Shown: piece by piece, positions 48,991 to 58,548 of the stretch
Layout of the letters: the number at the start of each line of letters is the position of its first letter
How positions within the stretch are numbered: the stretch's first letter is position 1
Assembly: GCF_013149785.1 (NCBI RefSeq)
Contig: NZ_JABEZU010000001.1
Span: forward strand, 124,001-188,000
Origin: Isoptericola halotolerans
GTDB lineage: Bacteria > Actinomycetota > Actinomycetes > Actinomycetales > Cellulomonadaceae
DNA: 64,000 nt
Direction of reading: 5' to 3'
Translations under genes and position numbers: made by a program
Notes under the pieces: model-generated
Told to the model about the DNA's origin: nothing
Database searches by the model: none
The model's input: the letters and a program-made list of their open reading frames with translations, nothing else

Positions 48991-49334
48991 GCCGCGTCCG
49001 CTCCGGTGCTCACCACCGCAGGCACCTCTCCCGTCCCGGTGAACGCCCGCGACAGGCCCGTCGCCGTCACCGTCTCCGCCGCCTCGAAGGTGGCGGCAGC
49101 CTGCGTCAGGCGGCGCGAGAGGATCTCCAGGGTCGCGACCAGCGTCCGGTGCGCCGGCAGCCATGCCTCGACGAGGGCGGCGAGAGCGTCCGCGAGGACG
49201 GGCTCGCCCGTGGCGCTCGCGGCGGAGCGGGTGTCCACGGGCAGGGCGGTCGCGCCGGCGAGCAGGTCCGAGGTGTCGCGGAGCTGTGCCGCGAGCGCCG
49301 CGAGGTCCGAGGGATCGAGATCGAGACGGGGCAT
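48984..49334 (-). CDS. Small WXG100-like helical hairpin protein
   Basis: About 116 aa; LD..DL..LA..L, central W, C-terminal AAATFEAAE resembling the T7SS YxxxD/E position; TAGCGT -10 upstream. Confidence 0.55.
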   Translation of the reverse strand: MPRLDLDPSDLAALAAQLRDTSDLLAGATALPVDTRSAASATGEPVLADALAALVEAWLPAHRTLVATLEILSRRLTQAAATFEAAETVTATGLSRAFTGTGEVPAVVSTGADAAC

Positions 49335-49409
49335 GGCCACGCACGCTAGCGACGCGACCGCGCCTCACGCCGCCGCCGTCCCCAGGCTGTGGACAACCGT
49401 GGGGCCGTG

Positions 49410-50090
49410 TCAGTCCCACCACAGGCGGTACCAGTGGTCGTCGTCCGCCCCGGGGACCTCACGCCCCGCCAGTCCCCACCCCCACCATCGCGAGACCTCG
49501 TGCGGCGGCACGTCGGCGTCGTCCACCCCGAGGCCGACGGCATACCGGAAGAGCTCGTCGCCCTGGCACCCCGGGCCGTGGCGGGGCCCCACCGTGAACT
49601 CGTGGTCGCCGCGCACCAGCACCCCTTCGACGGTCAGTCGCTCGTCGCACCGTCCCGGACCCACCACGTACCCGTGGGCGCGGAGGCGGTCCGGGTGCGC
49701 GACGACGGCGCGCAGCACGGTGCCCAGGGTCGGCCCGTCGTTCTGCCGCTCGGTGGCGAGGTCCTCCGCGGGCACACGGTCCAGCAGACCGGCGGCGACC
49801 GTGGCGTCGAGGTCGACGAACCGGTAGAACGAGGCCGCGCCCGTCGAGTCGGGCAGCAGCGCCGGCTCGAGCACCCGGTCCAGGCCCGCGCGGAGCAACC
49901 AGCCGTGCCGGCCGTCGCACCAGAGATGAGCCGCCGTGGGAGCCGTGGCGAGGCGCTCCTCGAGCTGCCAGGCCGTGGTCAGGTCGACGAGCTCGGGGGA
50001 GGTGAAGCGACGTCGGGGAGGGGCGGGCCGGACGGGCGGCGGACCGGGCGGAACCGGCGGGTCGACAGGTGTCGAGGGCGCTGAGGGCAT
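49410..50090 (-). CDS. Conserved hypothetical protein
   Basis: RBS GGAG; RQNDGPT, GYVVGPGR.DER..VEG and terminal WWD look like conserved motifs. Confidence 0.6.
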   Translation of the reverse strand: MPSAPSTPVDPPVPPGPPPVRPAPPRRRFTSPELVDLTTAWQLEERLATAPTAAHLWCDGRHGWLLRAGLDRVLEPALLPDSTGAASFYRFVDLDATVAAGLLDRVPAEDLATERQNDGPTLGTVLRAVVAHPDRLRAHGYVVGPGRCDERLTVEGVLVRGDHEFTVGPRHGPGCQGDELFRYAVGLGVDDADVPPHEVSRWWGWGLAGREVPGADDDHWYRLWWD

Positions 50091-50300
50091 GAGGTCTCCA
50101 GGTGTCGTCCGGGCCCTGGCCGGGTCGTGGCCGGGCCCCGGGTCGGTGACGGACGGCCGCCACCCTGCCCCCGGAGAGCCCGCCGTCGTCGTGCGGACAG
50201 GCAGACCTGTGGAAATCTGAGACGGTGGTCGGCCGTGCCGCGTTGCGCCACGGGAGAACGACCGTGACAACGAGCCCAGGAAGGCGCATCCTCGACACTG

Positions 50301-50789
50301 ATGAGCGACACCACCGTGCGGCCCGAGCCGCGTACCTACCCGCAGACCCCGACGGACGAGCCGGTCAGCGACGAGATCCTGGTGGTCCACCTCAAGCGCG
50401 GCCACGAGGTCCGCCGGGAGTACTTCCGGCCGCCCGAGCTGGAGGGCCACGAGGTCGGCGACGGCGTGCTCGCCGTGACGCTCGCGGCGGACGGCGACGC
50501 CCCGCGCCGGACCCGCCACTTCCCGCTGACGGAGATCGCCGAGTACGTCCTGGAGGCACCCAGCGCCGCGTACGAGCAGGCGTTCGACGCGTGGACCCGG
50601 TCGAAGTTCGGCGTCGACGCCGGCACCTACCGCTCGATGCGCGACACCTCCAAGGGGGTGACCATGGCGGAGAACATGCGCCGCCAGATCGCCGAGGGGC
50701 TCGGCGTCGACCCTGACGCGGTGCACTTCGGCGGGTCCTTCACCATCGACGACGACGAGGACTGGGAAGGCTCGCCCGACGACGAGTAG
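50301..50789 (+). CDS. Hypothetical protein
   Basis: Typical GC3-rich codon usage; acidic tail. Confidence 0.6.
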   Translation: MSDTTVRPEPRTYPQTPTDEPVSDEILVVHLKRGHEVRREYFRPPELEGHEVGDGVLAVTLAADGDAPRRTRHFPLTEIAEYVLEAPSAAYEQAFDAWTRSKFGVDAGTYRSMRDTSKGVTMAENMRRQIAEGLGVDPDAVHFGGSFTIDDDEDWEGSPDDE

Positions 50790-50824
50790 CGATGAGTTCG
50801 GGCGCGCCGCCCCGTCTACCCGGC

Positions 50825-51703
50825 ATGACGACCAGCACCCGAACCCTGCCCGTGCCCGGCTCCGTCCTGACGTTCGACGTCCACGTCCCCCCGACCGACG
50901 GCGGGTGCCCGCCCCTGTTCGTGGTCGGCAACCCGATGGAGGCCGACGGCTTCTCCCAGCTCGTGGCCGAGGCGGGCGACCGGACCGTGGTCACCTACGA
51001 CCCGCGCGGCACGGCCCGCTCCACGCTGGACGACGACGGCGGTGTGCGCGTCGAGGACCACGCCGACGACCTGCACGCGGTCGCCGGTGCGGTCGGCGCC
51101 GGACCGTACGACGTCCTCGGGTCCTCGGGGGGTGCGGTCACCGCGCTCGCCTGGGCGGCGGCCCACCCCGGTGACGTGCGGTGCCTCGTCGCGCACGAGC
51201 CGCCGCTGACCGCGCTGCTGGAGGACCGGGACGTCGCGGTGCGCGCCCAGGCCGACATCGTCGCGACGTACGAGTCGTCGGGGTTCGGCCCGGCGATGGC
51301 GAAGTTCCTCCGGCTGGTCTTCGCCACGGAGCCCCTCACGGAGGAGTTCCTGGCCCAGCCGGACCCCGACCCGGCACAGCTCGGCCTGCCGACCGAGGAC
51401 GACGGCCGCCGCGACGACCTCATGCTCGGCAGGTCGCTGGCCACGATGCCGCTGTGGGAGCCGCCCGTGACCACGCTGCGGGCACTGCTGCACGACGGCG
51501 CCCTGCGGGTGCTGCCCGCCGTCGGCGCGTCGTCGCCGCCCGGCGCGCTCGCCAGCCGGGGTGCCGCCGCGCTGGCGCGGGCGCTCGGCACCCAGCCCGT
51601 GGTGTTCCCCGGCGACCACGGCGGCTTCGCGAGGACCGAGTGGAACCCGGACAACGACCCGGCGGCGTTCTGGGCGCGGCTGCGCGACGTGCTGGCCTGC
51701 TGA
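50825..51703 (+). CDS. Alpha/beta hydrolase
   Basis: TYDPRG, GSSGGA, AHEPP and FPGDHGGF. Confidence 0.9.
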   Translation: MTTSTRTLPVPGSVLTFDVHVPPTDGGCPPLFVVGNPMEADGFSQLVAEAGDRTVVTYDPRGTARSTLDDDGGVRVEDHADDLHAVAGAVGAGPYDVLGSSGGAVTALAWAAAHPGDVRCLVAHEPPLTALLEDRDVAVRAQADIVATYESSGFGPAMAKFLRLVFATEPLTEEFLAQPDPDPAQLGLPTEDDGRRDDLMLGRSLATMPLWEPPVTTLRALLHDGALRVLPAVGASSPPGALASRGAAALARALGTQPVVFPGDHGGFARTEWNPDNDPAAFWARLRDVLAC

Positions 51704-51710
51704 GACCCGC

Positions 51711-53084
51711 TCAGGTGTGGCTGAAGCCGCCGGACGCCGGTCGGCGCGGCGGGTCGGCGCGCAGGCGCTCCACCGCGGTGCGGACGTCCTCGAGCAACGA
51801 CGCGGCGAGGTCCAGCGTGAACGCCTCGCGGACGACGATGCGCAGGACGGCCACCTTCTCGGCGTCGGCGGGCATCGTGTAGGCCGGGACCTGCCAGCCG
51901 GACCGGCGCAGCTCGTCCGAGAGGTGGAACACGGTGAACGGTCCGTCCGGGTCGCGCAGCCGGAACGCGACGACCGGGATGGCGGACCCGTCCGCCACGA
52001 CGTCGAACGGGCCCATCGCGCCGAGCTGGGCCGACATGTGCATGGCGGTCTCGCGCAGCCGCTCCATGATCTTGGTGTACCCGTCGCGTCCCAGCCGGAC
52101 GAAGTTGTAGTACTGGGCGATCACCTGGTTGCCGGGGCGGGAGAAGTTCAGCGTGAACGTCGGCATGTCGCCGCCGAGGTAGTTCACGTGGAAGACGAGG
52201 TCGTCGGGCAGGTCGTCGGCCCCGCGCCAGACCACGAACCCGACACCCGGGTACGTCAGGCCGTACTTGTGACCCGAGACGTTGATCGACCTCACCTGCG
52301 GCAGCCGGAAGTCCCACTCGAGGTCCGGGTAGAGGAACGGGGCCACGAACCCACCGCTCGCCGCGTCGACGTGCAGCGGGATGTCCGTGCCGTGCTCGGC
52401 GTTGTAGGCGACCACGCGGTCGTGGATCTCCGCGATCGGCTCGTACTCGCCGGTGTAGGTGGTCCCCAGGATCGGGACCACCCCGATGGTGTTCTCGTCC
52501 AGGCGGGCGACGACGTCGTCGGGGTCCACCACGAACCGGTCCTCGGTCACCGGGACGTAGCGTGGTTCGACGTCCCAGTAGCGGCAGAACTTCTCCCAGA
52601 CCACCTGCACGTTCGACCCGAGCACGAGGTTCGGGCGCGTCCCGTCGAGGCCGGCCTCCTCGCGACGGCGACGCCATCGCCACTTCATGGCCAGACCGCC
52701 CAGCATGACGGCCTCGCTGGACCCGATCGTCGAGACGCCCACCGCGTCGCCCTGGGCCGGGGCATGGAAGAGGTCGGCGACGATGTTGACGCACCGGCGC
52801 TCGATCTCCGCGGTCTGCGGGTACTCGTCCTTGTCGATCATGTTCTTGTCGAACGTCTCGGCCATCAGCCGGTCGGCCTCCGGCTCCATCCACGTCGTCA
52901 CGAACGTCGCCATGTTCAGGCGCGAGCTGCCGTCCAGCAGCAGCTCGTCGTGGATGAACCGGTAGACCGCCTCCGGGGTCGCCGACTCGTCCGGCAGGCG
53001 GTTCTTCGGCACCCGTCGCCGGCTGAAGCGGCCCGCGTAGGCCGGCTCGACGTACGCCTCGGAGGCGTCGTGCTCGTGGATCAT
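51711..53084 (-). CDS. gadB: Glutamate decarboxylase
   Basis: [47 protein letters not shown] lysine SGHKYG and GWQVPAY. Confidence 0.95.
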   Translation of the reverse strand: MIHEHDASEAYVEPAYAGRFSRRRVPKNRLPDESATPEAVYRFIHDELLLDGSSRLNMATFVTTWMEPEADRLMAETFDKNMIDKDEYPQTAEIERRCVNIVADLFHAPAQGDAVGVSTIGSSEAVMLGGLAMKWRWRRRREEAGLDGTRPNLVLGSNVQVVWEKFCRYWDVEPRYVPVTEDRFVVDPDDVVARLDENTIGVVPILGTTYTGEYEPIAEIHDRVVAYNAEHGTDIPLHVDAASGGFVAPFLYPDLEWDFRLPQVRSINVSGHKYGLTYPGVGFVVWRGADDLPDDLVFHVNYLGGDMPTFTLNFSRPGNQVIAQYYNFVRLGRDGYTKIMERLRETAMHMSAQLGAMGPFDVVADGSAIPVVAFRLRDPDGPFTVFHLSDELRRSGWQVPAYTMPADAEKVAVLRIVVREAFTLDLAASLLEDVRTAVERLRADPPRRPASGGFSHT

Positions 53085-53209
53085 CCTGGGCTCCGATCGG
53101 TGCGAAGGGTCCTGTGCACCTTGCACCCGCGCGGTGCCACCCGCGACCGGGGCCGGATGCGGGATCATGGGGAGCCCGCCGTCACGACTCCCTGGAGGTG
53201 GCCCGACGC

Positions 53210-54112
<903 letters not shown>

Positions 54113-54164
54113 GCCTGGTGCTCGGTGACGGCACATCGGCGGGGACATCGGGGATACTGGCCGC

Positions 54165-55052
54165 ATGGCCACGGCTGCGCACCCGGTCGAGCGGCTGCGG
54201 GCCCGGGTCGGCGACGCCCTGTTCCTCAAGGTCGCCGGTCCGGACGGGCACGCCGCTCGGGACCGCATCCACCTGACCCCCGGCCCGCGATGGTTCGCCC
54301 CGGGGAGCCCGATGCGGCGCGTCCACGCCGACGCGGCGACGTTCGTCGGTGGGCTGCGGGCCCTGCTGCTGCAGTCGCTGCACCCGCTCGCCATGGCGGG
54401 GGTCGCCGGGCACTCGGGATACCGCGGCGACCCGTGGGGGCGGCTGGCCAGGACGTCGACGTTCCTGGCCACGACGACGTTCGCCCCGGCCGCCGACGCC
54501 CAGGAGATCGTCGACCGTGTGCGCGCGGTGCACGAGCGGGTCCGGGGCCGCGCGCCGGACGGGCGGCCGTACCGTGCGAGCGACCCGCACCTGCTGACCT
54601 GGGTGCATGTCGCCGAGGCGGACTCGTTCCTCGCTGCCCACCAGCGCTACGGCGAGCGACGCCTCACGGCGTCGGAGGCCGACGAGTACGTGGCGCAGTC
54701 GGGCCGGGTCGCGCGAGCGCTCGGGGCCGTCGTCGTGCCGGAGACGGTGGCCGAGCTGCATGACGTGCTGGAGGGGTACCGCCCGGAGCTGACGGCCGGC
54801 GCGGAGGCGCTCGACACCGCCCGGTTCCTGCTGCGCGAGCCGCCGTTGCCGTGGCTGGTGCGACCTCCGTACCGGTTGCTCGCGGCCGGTGCGGTGTCGC
54901 TGCTGCCCGTCTGGGCGCGGGACGAGCTCCGCCTCGGCACCTGGTTCGACCGTGCGTGCGGGGGTCCGGCGGGAAGCGTGGCCGTGCGGGCGATCCGCTG
55001 GGGACTGGGCCCGGCGGACAGCCGCGACCGCCTGGGCGAGCAGACCTCCTGA
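54165..55052 (+). CDS. MpaB/rubber-oxygenase-like (DUF2236) protein
   Basis: GGLRALLLQSLHP.AMAGVA.HS, RL.RT, V...H..VRG and YRASDP.LL.WVH. Confidence 0.88.
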   Translation: MATAAHPVERLRARVGDALFLKVAGPDGHAARDRIHLTPGPRWFAPGSPMRRVHADAATFVGGLRALLLQSLHPLAMAGVAGHSGYRGDPWGRLARTSTFLATTTFAPAADAQEIVDRVRAVHERVRGRAPDGRPYRASDPHLLTWVHVAEADSFLAAHQRYGERRLTASEADEYVAQSGRVARALGAVVVPETVAELHDVLEGYRPELTAGAEALDTARFLLREPPLPWLVRPPYRLLAAGAVSLLPVWARDELRLGTWFDRACGGPAGSVAVRAIRWGLGPADSRDRLGEQTS

Positions 55053-55167
55053 CCCGAGCCTGCCACCGGTCTCCACCTGCCGACGGAGCCGAGATCTCCT
55101 GCTCGCGACGGATCCGTGCCGGGGGCAACTACAGGCACGATGGTGCTTCCCGACGAAGGAGACTCCT

Positions 55168-56412
55168 GTGCGACGTCGCACCCGATCCGCCATCGCCCTC
55201 GCCACCGCCGCCCTCGTGGCCACCCCGCTGCTGTCGGCCCCGGCGCACGCCTCGACGGACGGCCCGTTGCCCGGGCCGTCGCGCGAGGCCCTCGTCGACG
55301 CGCTGTCCGTCGCCCGGCAGGACGCGCAGCCGCGCACGGACGCCACGGCGCCGGCCGCACCGGCGTGGGGCGCCGTCCTCGACGCCACGCTCGACGAGGT
55401 CGTGGCCGGCCCCGTGGTGGGTGTGACGGCCCGCCTCGAGACCCCGGACCTGACCTGGCGGGGGTCGGCCGGGGCGCGGGAGCACGAGCGTGCGGCCCCG
55501 GCCCGCCCGCAGGACCGGTTCCGGGCGTCCAGCATCACCAAGCCGATGATCGCGACGCTCGTGCTGCAGGAGGTCGAGGCCGGCACCTGGTCCCTGGACA
55601 CCACGGTCGACGAGGTGCTGCCCGGTCTGCTCGAGGTCGACGTGACCATCGAGCAGCTGCTGTCCCACCGTTCGGGTCTGCCCGAGCACCTGGGTGCGCT
55701 CCTCCAGAGCCGCCTGACCGACCCCGACGACTTCGACGAGCAGTGGCAGGCCGTGGGACAGGTGTACCCGGTGGCCGATCACCTCGCGGTGATCCGGGCC
55801 CTGGCGCGGGAGTTCGAGCCCGGGGCAGACTTCCACTACTCGAACGCCGGCTACGTCGTGCTGCGCCTCCTGCTGGAGGAGGTCACCGGCGAGGAGGTCG
55901 ACGACCTGCTGGAGAAGCGGGTCTTCAAGCCCGCCGGCATGCGCCACACCGACTACCCGCAGAAGCCGGGGGCTCGGGGCCCCTACCTCGCGGGCGCGGC
56001 CTACACCGGCGAGCTCGGCGCCGGCACGTACTCGTTGCCCCACTTCCACCCGAGCTTCTTCGACGCGGCCGGTGCCGTGACGACCACCACGGCCGACCTG
56101 CACGCGTTCACCGAGGCGCTGCTCGGCGGCGAGCTGCTCGCCCCGGCCACCGTCGCGGACATGATCGACCCGCGCTCGGACGACTTCTACGGCCTGGGGA
56201 TCTACCGGCTGCCGGACCCGTGCGTCCCGGGCGAGCACCTCTACGGGCACGACGGCGCCGGGATCGGGTCGCTGTCGATGGTGCTGGCGTCGCTCGACGG
56301 CGAGCGCCGGTTCTCCTACGGGCTGACGGGCCGGGACTACACGGTCCCGCCGGGCCAGATGCAGGACGGTGCCGCCGCGGTGCTGAACACCCTGGCGGCC
56401 GCGACCTGCTGA
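55168..56412 (+). CDS. Secreted serine hydrolase (beta-lactamase/D-Ala-D-Ala carboxypeptidase family)
   Basis: Signal peptide (PAHA); SITK (SxxK), LLSHRSG, YSN and GHDG; RBS AAGGAG. Confidence 0.9.
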   Translation: MRRRTRSAIALATAALVATPLLSAPAHASTDGPLPGPSREALVDALSVARQDAQPRTDATAPAAPAWGAVLDATLDEVVAGPVVGVTARLETPDLTWRGSAGAREHERAAPARPQDRFRASSITKPMIATLVLQEVEAGTWSLDTTVDEVLPGLLEVDVTIEQLLSHRSGLPEHLGALLQSRLTDPDDFDEQWQAVGQVYPVADHLAVIRALAREFEPGADFHYSNAGYVVLRLLLEEVTGEEVDDLLEKRVFKPAGMRHTDYPQKPGARGPYLAGAAYTGELGAGTYSLPHFHPSFFDAAGAVTTTTADLHAFTEALLGGELLAPATVADMIDPRSDDFYGLGIYRLPDPCVPGEHLYGHDGAGIGSLSMVLASLDGERRFSYGLTGRDYTVPPGQMQDGAAAVLNTLAAATC

Positions 56413-56594
56413 CGGTCTGCCGCGGGTGACGCCCGCGCGACGCAGGGCCGCGCCGTCCACCTCCCGTTCACGCAGGTGTCGGGTGATCGTCACCGGCGAG
56501 CCGCGTCGACGCCATGCGGTGCCACGAGGATCGGGGGACCTCGGGCCCGGGAGACAGAGGGCCCGAGGTCCGCCGACGTCGTGGGGGAGGGGCC

Positions 56595-57074
56595 GTGGTC
56601 ACCGTCCGGGTCGAGAAGCGCAAGCCCTGCGGGCGCGTGCGCCGCACGTGGTCGGCGCAGACGCTCGGTGCCGACGTGTGGGGCGACTGGTTCTCGGTGC
56701 CGGACGACGGCGGCGTCCTGCTCCTGCCCGTCGCCGACCCGTGGGTCGCCTGGTTCCGCACCGACGGCTCCGTCCGGGTGGACATCGCCACGACCGTGGT
56801 GGCCGCTTCCCCTGTGTGCTCGTTCGTGGACCTGGACGTCGACGTCGAGCGGGATGCCGACGGCACGGTGCGGCTGCTCGACGCCGACGACCTGCTGGAA
56901 CGCGGTCCGTCCTACCCGCGGGCGTGGGTGGAGCTGGCGTGGGAGGCATGGCGTGAGGTCGGGCAGGAGGTCATGTCCCGTGCCGAGCCGTTCGGGACGG
57001 CGTCGGTCGCCTGGCTGGGCACGTCTCAGTCGTCGTCGCGGGTGATGTCGCCGGACTGCGGGTCGACGCGGTAG
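56595..57074 (+). CDS. DUF402-like protein
   Basis: VDIAT, VDLDVDV, LLDADD and EPF motifs; start uncertain. Confidence 0.65.
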   Translation: MVTVRVEKRKPCGRVRRTWSAQTLGADVWGDWFSVPDDGGVLLLPVADPWVAWFRTDGSVRVDIATTVVAASPVCSFVDLDVDVERDADGTVRLLDADDLLERGPSYPRAWVELAWEAWREVGQEVMSRAEPFGTASVAWLGTSQSSSRVMSPDCGSTR

Positions 57075-57679
57075 TCCACGTCGTCGCCCTGCTCGTCCAC
57101 CGTCACGGACCAGTACCAGCGACCGTCGTCCTCGTCGATCTCGGCGTCGTCGAAGGTGCCGTCGGACTGCGCCATGACCTGCTCCACGGCGTCCGCGAGC
57201 ATGATCGCGGCGGCGTCGAGGGCGCTCCGGTCGTCGCTGTCGAGGTCGTCGTCCTCGGTGCCCACCACGGCGCCGACGGCGTCGACCTCGACCTCGACCG
57301 TCCGGTCCTCGACCGCCACGTCGACCTCCCAGGTGGCGTCGTCGTCGGCGTCGTCGATGGCGTACGCGGTGCCGCCCGCGTGCTCCTCCGCCACGGTGAT
57401 CGCGAGCAGCGCGGCGGCGGTGGCGTCACCCGACTCGGCCCCGCCGTCCGTGTCGTCCGTGTCGTCCATGGGGTCGCTGGTCTCGGTGCCGTCCTCGCCG
57501 GTGCCGTCCTCGCCGGCGGCGTCGTCGTCGGGAGCGCTCGACTGCCCGGGGCTGCCGGCCAGGAACTCGTCGTCGCCCGGGGTGGCAGGGTTGTCGTCCC
57601 CGCCGCCGCAGGCCGTGAGGGCCAGCGCGAGCGTCAGGGTGAGGGCCGGTGCTGCCGTGCGGCGCATGAGGTTGCTCAT
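57026..57679 (-). CDS. PepSY-domain lipoprotein
   Basis: Lipobox LTAC, acidic linker, two PepSY-like repeats (WEVDV..EVEVDA.G; WSVTV..YRVDP.SG). Confidence 0.85.
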   Translation of the reverse strand: MSNLMRRTAAPALTLTLALALTACGGGDDNPATPGDDEFLAGSPGQSSAPDDDAAGEDGTGEDGTETSDPMDDTDDTDGGAESGDATAAALLAITVAEEHAGGTAYAIDDADDDATWEVDVAVEDRTVEVEVDAVGAVVGTEDDDLDSDDRSALDAAAIMLADAVEQVMAQSDGTFDDAEIDEDDGRWYWSVTVDEQGDDVDYRVDPQSGDITRDDD

Positions 57680-57751
57680 GTCTCGATCCTGCGTCGATCA
57701 CCTTGTTCTCGCATGAGCCCACGATGAGAGGTCCCTCATCCAGGTCCGCCC

Positions 57752-57782
57752 TTGCGCTTGACGCGACGTCAACCTCTAGCGT
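57752..57782 (+). promoter_or_regulatory. ptipA-like MerR promoter with a 19-bp spacer and internal dyad
   Basis: TTGCGC-[TTGACGCGACGTCAA-CCTC]-TAGCGT; the spacer is exactly 19 bp. Confidence 0.85.
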
Positions 57783-57789
57783 CGTGGAC

Positions 57790-58548
57790 ATGACCCGTTC
57801 CATCCAGGACGTCGCCCGCCTCGCCGGTGTCTCGAGCCGCACCCTGCGTCACTACGACCAGATCGGTCTCCTGCCGCCGTCGAGCACGGGAGCCGGTGGG
57901 CTGCGCCACTACGACGACGGAGCGATCCGCCGTCTGCAGCGCATCCTGCTGCTGCGCGAGGTCGGCCTCCCGCTGACCGAGATCGCCGACGTCCTGGACG
58001 CCCAGACCGATGAGGCCGCGGCCCTGCGGGGCCACCTCGACGTGCTGCGGGACGAGCGCGGCCGGATCGACCGGCAGATCGCCTCGGTGGAACGGACACT
58101 GACCGCACTGGAGAAGAGGAGGCCGATCATGGCCGAGGAGATGCTCGACGGGTTCGACCACACGCAGTACCAGGAGGAGGTGACCGCTCGCTGGGGCGCC
58201 GACGCCTACGCGGCGTCGGACGCCTGGTGGCGAGGGCTCGGCGCCGAGGGGCAGGCCGAGTGGAAGGCGCGTCTCGACGCGCTGAACGCCGACTGGGTCG
58301 ACGCCGCCGGACGGGACGTCGACCCGACGTCCCACGAGGCGCAGGAGCTCGCCGCGCGCCACGTCCAGTGGCTGGGCTCGGTCCCGGGCACGCCCCGGGC
58401 CGACGACGGGGGCCCGCTGCGGGACTACGTCGTCGGGCTCGCCGAGATGTACGTCGCCGACCCGCGGTTCGCCGCGAACTACGGCGGCGGGGACGGCGCG
58501 GCGTTCGTCCGCGACGCGCTGCTCGCCTTCGCCGAGCGGGAGCTGTAG
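57790..58548 (+). CDS. tipA: TipA-like MerR family regulator (HTH plus TipAS antibiotic-recognition domain)
   Basis: VARLAGVSSRTLRHYDQIGLL.P; Y.EEV..RWG, LA.RH..W, GLAEMYVADPRF..NY and A.FVRDA. Confidence 0.85.
   Translation: MTRSIQDVARLAGVSSRTLRHYDQIGLLPPSSTGAGGLRHYDDGAIRRLQRILLLREVGLPLTEIADVLDAQTDEAAALRGHLDVLRDERGRIDRQIASVERTLTALEKRRPIMAEEMLDGFDHTQYQEEVTARWGADAYAASDAWWRGLGAEGQAEWKARLDALNADWVDAAGRDVDPTSHEAQELAARHVQWLGSVPGTPRADDGGPLRDYVVGLAEMYVADPRFAANYGGGDGAAFVRDALLAFAEREL

Noticed and set aside
49388..49396. Single actinobacterial DnaA box (TTGTCCACA on the minus strand)
   Set aside because: One isolated box with no cluster, no AT-rich unwinding element and no dnaA/dnaN; not an origin.
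55168..56412. Serine hydrolase as a beta-lactam resistance gene
   Set aside because: SxxK/YxN/HxG motifs fit R61-type peptidases and esterases equally well; resistance cannot be inferred from sequence.
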